From: Sedimenticola sp.
Lineage (GTDB): Bacteria; Pseudomonadota; Gammaproteobacteria; Chromatiales; Chromatiaceae
NCBI GenBank assembly: GCA_027030425.1
Contig: JALVEW010000104.1
Location: 1 to 31,966, forward strand
Length of the DNA: 31,966 nucleotides
Direction: 5' to 3'
In this document: piece by piece, positions 28,234 through 31,966 of the stretch
How the letters are laid out: the number at the start of each line of letters is the position of its first letter
Position numbering within the stretch: position 1 is the first letter of the stretch
Position numbers and translations under genes: made by a program
Notes under the pieces: model-generated
The model's database searches: none
The model's input: only the letters and a program-made list of their open reading frames with translations
What the model was told of the DNA's origin: nothing

Positions 28234-28476
28234 ATGGGCACGGACATCGATTTCGACATCCTGCTGGCCCTGCCCATCGTATTCCTCGTTGTGGTCGTAC
28301 CCCTGTGGCTGGTTCTGCACTATTGGTACAAGTCACGGGCCAGCAAGGCGCTTTCCAAGGCCGACGAAGAAACCCTGGCCGAGCTCTGGCAACTATCGGA
28401 GAAACTGGAGCGGCGAGTGGAATCCCTGGAAACCATACTCGATCGGGAAGCCCCCGACTGGAGGAACAAATCATGA
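28234..28476 (+). CDS. pspB: Phage shock protein B
   Basis: LPIVFLVVVVPLWLVLHYWYKSRA...LWQLSEKLERRVESLETILDREAPDWR matches E. coli PspB (LPIWLWLHY...IQALESILDAEHPNWR). AGGAGG Shine-Dalgarno. Its stop overlaps the pspC start as ATGA. Confidence 0.88.
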   Translation: MGTDIDFDILLALPIVFLVVVVPLWLVLHYWYKSRASKALSKADEETLAELWQLSEKLERRVESLETILDREAPDWRNKS

Positions 28477-28862
28477 GCTGTGACTTCGGTTGCCACAACC
28501 GGCTTTACCGGGATCCGGACAACGGCAAGATCGCCGGCGTATGCGCAGGCTTGGCGGACTACTTCTCATGGAACGTGGACGCGGTGCGCTTCGCCACCAT
28601 CGTTGCCGCTGTTCTGTTCAGTGTAACGACGGTTGTCCTGTACACCGCCGCCGCCTTCTTCCTGCCGAAGAAACCAAGAGATCTGTACGATGACAAGACG
28701 GAAGAGCAGTATTGGCGCAAATACCGCAAGTCCCCCAAGGACACCCTGGCCGATACCCGCTACCGTTTTCGCAAGCTGGAGCGCAAGCTCAGCCGCCTGG
28801 AAGCCTATGTAACGTCCGATCGTTACGACCTGGACCGGGAAATCAGCAACCTGGACCGCTGA
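28473..28862 (+). CDS. pspC: Phage shock protein C
   Basis: MSCDFGCHNRLYRDPDNGKIAGVCAGLADYFSWNVDAVRFATIVAAVLF...LEAYVTSDRYDLDREISNL matches the PspC domain (GVCAGIANYF...) and the C-terminal leucine zipper (ERYVTSDTFTL). The 277-aa ORF in the ORF track is an upstream in-frame extension through the pspB region and is rejected. Confidence 0.88.
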   Translation: MSCDFGCHNRLYRDPDNGKIAGVCAGLADYFSWNVDAVRFATIVAAVLFSVTTVVLYTAAAFFLPKKPRDLYDDKTEEQYWRKYRKSPKDTLADTRYRFRKLERKLSRLEAYVTSDRYDLDREISNLDR

Positions 28863-28917
28863 TCGTCGGAACCGGCGCCACGCAATAACAAACAAAAGCC
28901 CCAAGGGAGGTGGAACC

Positions 28918-30654
28918 ATGCTTACCTTTACACTATCCGTAATCTTCATCGTCACCGGCATCAGCATGCTGCTACTGTCCCGAATGCCGGGCAGGAGCTC
29001 CGAGCTGGCGGAAGCCGATGCCGGCTTCATGCGCCGGCGGGGAACCATGTTCACCCTGGTGCTCCCCGCCACGCTCATCGTGGCAGGCATCATCGGCTTC
29101 CTGTCCCGCTCCTTCGTCTACGTGGACGGTGATGAACTGGCCACCCTGGAGCGCATCTACATGGCCGACGATCTGCCCAACGGACACATCGTGGCCCTGG
29201 ACGGCCAGAAGGGCCCCCAGGCGCGCATCCTTGGTCCGGGCTTTCACTTCGAACTGTTCATTCGCATCATGAACGACATCGAGTTCCACCCGGTGATTGA
29301 GATCCCCCAGGGCAAGTACGGCCTGCTCTCCACCAAGGACGGCGCGCCCCTGGAAGAAAACTCCTTTCTCGCCAAGCCCTGGCCCAAGGGAGAAGAACAC
29401 AAAATGCTGGACGCCACCTATTTCCTCACCCACGGCGGCCAGAAGGGCCCCCAGTACAACGTACTCAAGCCCGGCAAGTACCGCCTCAATCCCTACCTGT
29501 TCCAGGTCACCCCCCGGCCGGCCCTGGACGTGAAGACCGGCCACGTGGCGGTGATCCGCAGCAACGTCAAGACCACGGACAAAGACTGCCCCAACCCGGC
29601 GGACGTTACCGGCACCGGCGGCAAGGAAGTGGCCCAGCCCCTGGTACCCAAGGGATGTATCGGGGTATGGGACGAATCCCTGCCGCCCGGGCGTTACTAC
29701 CTCAACAGCCTGGCCTTCGTCCCCACCATCATTCCCACCCGCCTCATGACCTGGGTATACAAGGGTGGCTACAAGGCCCGGCGCATCAACCTGACGGTTA
29801 CCGATGAAGGCAAGATTCAGCAGACAGAGGAATCCTTTGAAGTACCAGTGCCACCCGATGCGGCAGACAAGGCCATCAACGTGCGCGTGGAAGGCTGGGT
29901 GATTCCCGTGGACATGCGCGTGGTGGTGGCCGTGAGCCCCGCCAATGCGCCCAAGGTAGTGGCTGCCGTGGGCGGACTGCAACAGGTGGAAGACAACATC
30001 ATCACCCCCGCCATACGCGACATTCTGCGCACCATCGGCGGCGAGCCCGGACGCAAGGTCATGGATTTCGTGGAGAAGCGCGCAGAGATCGTGGACGAGG
30101 TCGAGCGGGTCATCATTCCCGAGGGCCTGAAAGCCGGCGTGACCATACAGGAAGTGCGCATGGGCGAGCCCGCCATTCCCCCGGAACTGCTAGTGGCCAC
30201 CCTGCGGGAACAGCTGGCCACCCAGCTCAAGGAAACCTACAAACGGGAACAGGACGCACAGCGCGAGCGTATCAAGGTGGAGCGCGAGCGGGCCACGGCC
30301 GACCAGCAGGCCAAGCTGGTGGAAGCCGAAATCAAGCAGCGCGCCGCCGAGTTCACCAAAAAGCAGCTCCAACTTCTGGGTGAAGGCGAAAAGCTCAAGC
30401 TGCAGGAAATCGCCAAGGGTCAGCAGGCCCAGGCGGAAGTCCTGGGCAAGGACGCCGCCCTGCAGCTCGCGGCCCTGGAAAAGGCCCTGGAAGCGGCCAA
30501 GACGAACGCCGACATCGTGAAAGTGCCCACGGTACAGGTCATTGGCGGCCAGGCCGGCAGTTTTGAAGGCGCCGCCGCCATCCTGGGCGCCTCCAACATC
30601 ATTCAGGCCATGTCAGGAGTAACGTTCCGGCCTGTCAGCCAGGAGAGCCGGTAA
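28918..30654 (+). CDS. SPFH (band-7)/flotillin-like inner-membrane protein, YqiK-like
   Basis: An N-terminal two-helix membrane hairpin is followed by an SPFH-like core (ARILGPGFHFELFIRIMNDIEFHPVIEIPQGKYGLLSTKDGAPL) and a C-terminal A/E/K/Q-rich flotillin-type coiled-coil (ERIKVERERATADQQAKLVEAEIKQRAAEF...ALEKALEAAKTNADIVKVP). Strong GGGAGG Shine-Dalgarno. It is the last gene of the psp cluster. Confidence 0.7.
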   Translation: MLTFTLSVIFIVTGISMLLLSRMPGRSSELAEADAGFMRRRGTMFTLVLPATLIVAGIIGFLSRSFVYVDGDELATLERIYMADDLPNGHIVALDGQKGPQARILGPGFHFELFIRIMNDIEFHPVIEIPQGKYGLLSTKDGAPLEENSFLAKPWPKGEEHKMLDATYFLTHGGQKGPQYNVLKPGKYRLNPYLFQVTPRPALDVKTGHVAVIRSNVKTTDKDCPNPADVTGTGGKEVAQPLVPKGCIGVWDESLPPGRYYLNSLAFVPTIIPTRLMTWVYKGGYKARRINLTVTDEGKIQQTEESFEVPVPPDAADKAINVRVEGWVIPVDMRVVVAVSPANAPKVVAAVGGLQQVEDNIITPAIRDILRTIGGEPGRKVMDFVEKRAEIVDEVERVIIPEGLKAGVTIQEVRMGEPAIPPELLVATLREQLATQLKETYKREQDAQRERIKVERERATADQQAKLVEAEIKQRAAEFTKKQLQLLGEGEKLKLQEIAKGQQAQAEVLGKDAALQLAALEKALEAAKTNADIVKVPTVQVIGGQAGSFEGAAAILGASNIIQAMSGVTFRPVSQESR

Positions 30655-30710
30655 TCACAGCTGTTGCTGTTCCATTTGACCGGGAAGCTCTGGGCGCGCC
30701 CCGCATGGCA

Positions 30711-31823
30711 TTACATTGGCGTCACATCAATGACGCCAGCGCCATTTCCTCTCAAAGGCCGAAAGATGGGTTCTTTCATGGAACCAAAATCGATTTTCTT
30801 CAGATCCACTCTGCGCAGGGAACGGTCATCGTCGGTATGATAGTAAAGCACCAGGCTTTTGAGGTCGAAGGCGATGGTGTACTGAGTCCCCCCATAGGGC
30901 AAAGGCTTGAGGCCCAATTTCTCGAGTTCCGCGGGATCCGATTTTTCCGCGGGCACGTTGAAATTGTCCAGAATTCTGAACAACTCGGTTACCGTATCGT
31001 ATCCACCCTTCGTCTTGCGGGCGGTCTGGGAAAAGGCAACGGCACGGATGAAACGGGAGGGTGGCGTAATATCTCCGGGAAGCCCCAGCAGAGCTGATCC
31101 CACTCCGATGGGCGTGAGGGTCATGCCGTCGATCTTGACCTCTTTCCAGTCCACGGGACGAAGGTTGAGATAGTTGCGCAGGTTGGTCAGGTGCCAGGAA
31201 TAGGGCGGCGAATTGGTCATGACACCGAGTGGGGCGTCGTAAATCTGCAGTTGACCATCGACATACTCCACGACAATCTCCTTGCCCGATGCATCGGTGA
31301 TGGCCCAGTGAAGGGGAACCGAACCTCCAAAGGCGGGATGGACAAAGGGAACGACCCGAACCTTGCCGCTGGTGAGCGCAGCGCGCACTTCGTCCACCGT
31401 TGCAAACCGGCTTACCACCCACTTGTTCAAGTCTGGAGCGGTGATGGAATTATCCGCCTGGGCAGGATCATATTCCTGATACTTGGCAAACCCCGGAAGG
31501 TAGAGTGACTGGGAACTCAGCCCCTTCTCGTTCATCGCCTCATCAAAGGCCAGCTTCAACATATCGACCCCAACGAAGCCATACTTGGCCTTCCAGCTCA
31601 TCCCCGCTTTCTTGTCGGTCATGGGGAGGGATTTCAGTTCCGCGCCACGCGGAACGACCACAAGGCGCATCTCCATGTCGAATCCCGCCCACTCCATGGT
31701 TCTACCGCTTATTACAGTCCCGTTGGGACCTTTCAGCGTGATATGGGTACAGGCGTTACTGTCCGCAAACGCTGCCATCAGCACAAATGCGGCGGATACA
31801 AGGCTTATCAGTGATTTTTTCAT
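30711..31823 (-). CDS. Secreted Ntn-hydrolase of the choloylglycine hydrolase / penicillin V acylase (linear amide C-N hydrolase) family
   Basis: The signal peptide MKKSLISLVSAAFVLMAAFADSNA is immediately followed by CTHITLKG, the nucleophile Cys that becomes residue 1 of the mature protein in this family. The size (about 345 aa mature) and the motifs (NEKGLSSQSLYLPG, VMTNSPPYSWHLTNLRNY) fit this family. AAGGA Shine-Dalgarno. Confidence 0.7.
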   Translation of the reverse strand: MKKSLISLVSAAFVLMAAFADSNACTHITLKGPNGTVISGRTMEWAGFDMEMRLVVVPRGAELKSLPMTDKKAGMSWKAKYGFVGVDMLKLAFDEAMNEKGLSSQSLYLPGFAKYQEYDPAQADNSITAPDLNKWVVSRFATVDEVRAALTSGKVRVVPFVHPAFGGSVPLHWAITDASGKEIVVEYVDGQLQIYDAPLGVMTNSPPYSWHLTNLRNYLNLRPVDWKEVKIDGMTLTPIGVGSALLGLPGDITPPSRFIRAVAFSQTARKTKGGYDTVTELFRILDNFNVPAEKSDPAELEKLGLKPLPYGGTQYTIAFDLKSLVLYYHTDDDRSLRRVDLKKIDFGSMKEPIFRPLRGNGAGVIDVTPM

Positions 31824-31866
31824 TTTGGTGTCCTTTCGTTAACAGCAACTGTGTTTTCGAAATCGG

Positions 31867-31966
31867 CTAATCGGCCTGGAGAACGCGATAAGGCTTACCA
31901 CTTCGAAACACGGCGTTGATGATGGTCAGCAGCTTGCGCATGGCAGCGACCAGGGCGACTTTCTTG
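31867..31966 (-). mobile_element. 3' end of an IS110-family transposase gene (truncated by the window edge)
   Basis: The minus-strand translation KKVALVAAMRKLLTIINAVFRSGKPYRVLQAD* is the characteristic C-terminus of IS110/IS116/IS902 transposases (..KVALVA.ARKLL.I.nAmlr.g.p..). The stop codon is at 31867-31869. Confidence 0.75.

Noticed and set aside
28029-28862. 277-aa ORF spanning the pspB-like, pspB and pspC region.
   Set aside because: Only the C-terminal 129 aa, from the ATG at 28473, is PspC. The upstream part is an out-of-context frame overlapping two well-supported genes.
30717-30736. Hairpin GGCGTCACATCAATGACGCC at the 3' end of the hydrolase gene.
   Set aside because: It lies inside the coding sequence or stop codon of the minus-strand gene and has no U-run on either strand. 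It is probably incidental.

Overview
This is a high-GC (about 60%) chromosomal window from what looks like a gammaproteobacterium. Coding density is high and there are no CRISPR arrays or tRNA/rRNA genes.

The housekeeping gene order resembles Pseudomonas-like genomes: a BtuF-like cobalamin-binding protein (5' end cut by the window), then lspA-ileS-ribF-[secreted protein]-murJ on the minus strand, diverging from a 741-aa acidic hypothetical gene and rpsT. A 7TMR-DISM/GGDEF diguanylate cyclase is convergent with rpsT. Next come a YiiX/C92-like permuted papain protein, sucD-sucC, a TauE/SafE exporter and a DUF4124 protein. Then slmA-argB-algC(long form)-coaBC run on the minus strand, diverging from radC, followed by an orphan 172-aa gene and rpmB-rpmG.

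The most unusual part is an extended phage-shock (Psp) envelope-stress locus. pspF is divergent from a candidate sigma54 promoter that drives a predicted 109-aa secreted protein, pspA, an extra PspB/PspC-like mini-membrane protein, pspB, pspC and a 578-aa SPFH/flotillin-like membrane protein. A secreted Ntn-hydrolase of the penicillin-V-acylase/choloylglycine-hydrolase family is convergent with it, and the window ends with the 3' end of an IS110-family transposase.

Two intergenic regions carry conspicuous structured repeats. One is a 3x tandem array of a ~125-bp unit flanked by 15-bp inverted repeats between btuF and lspA. The other is a composite REP-like hairpin cluster after rpmG. They share a 24-nt motif that sits directly after two rho-independent terminators.

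All identifications come from reading the translated ORFs and the DNA by eye. No database search was run.
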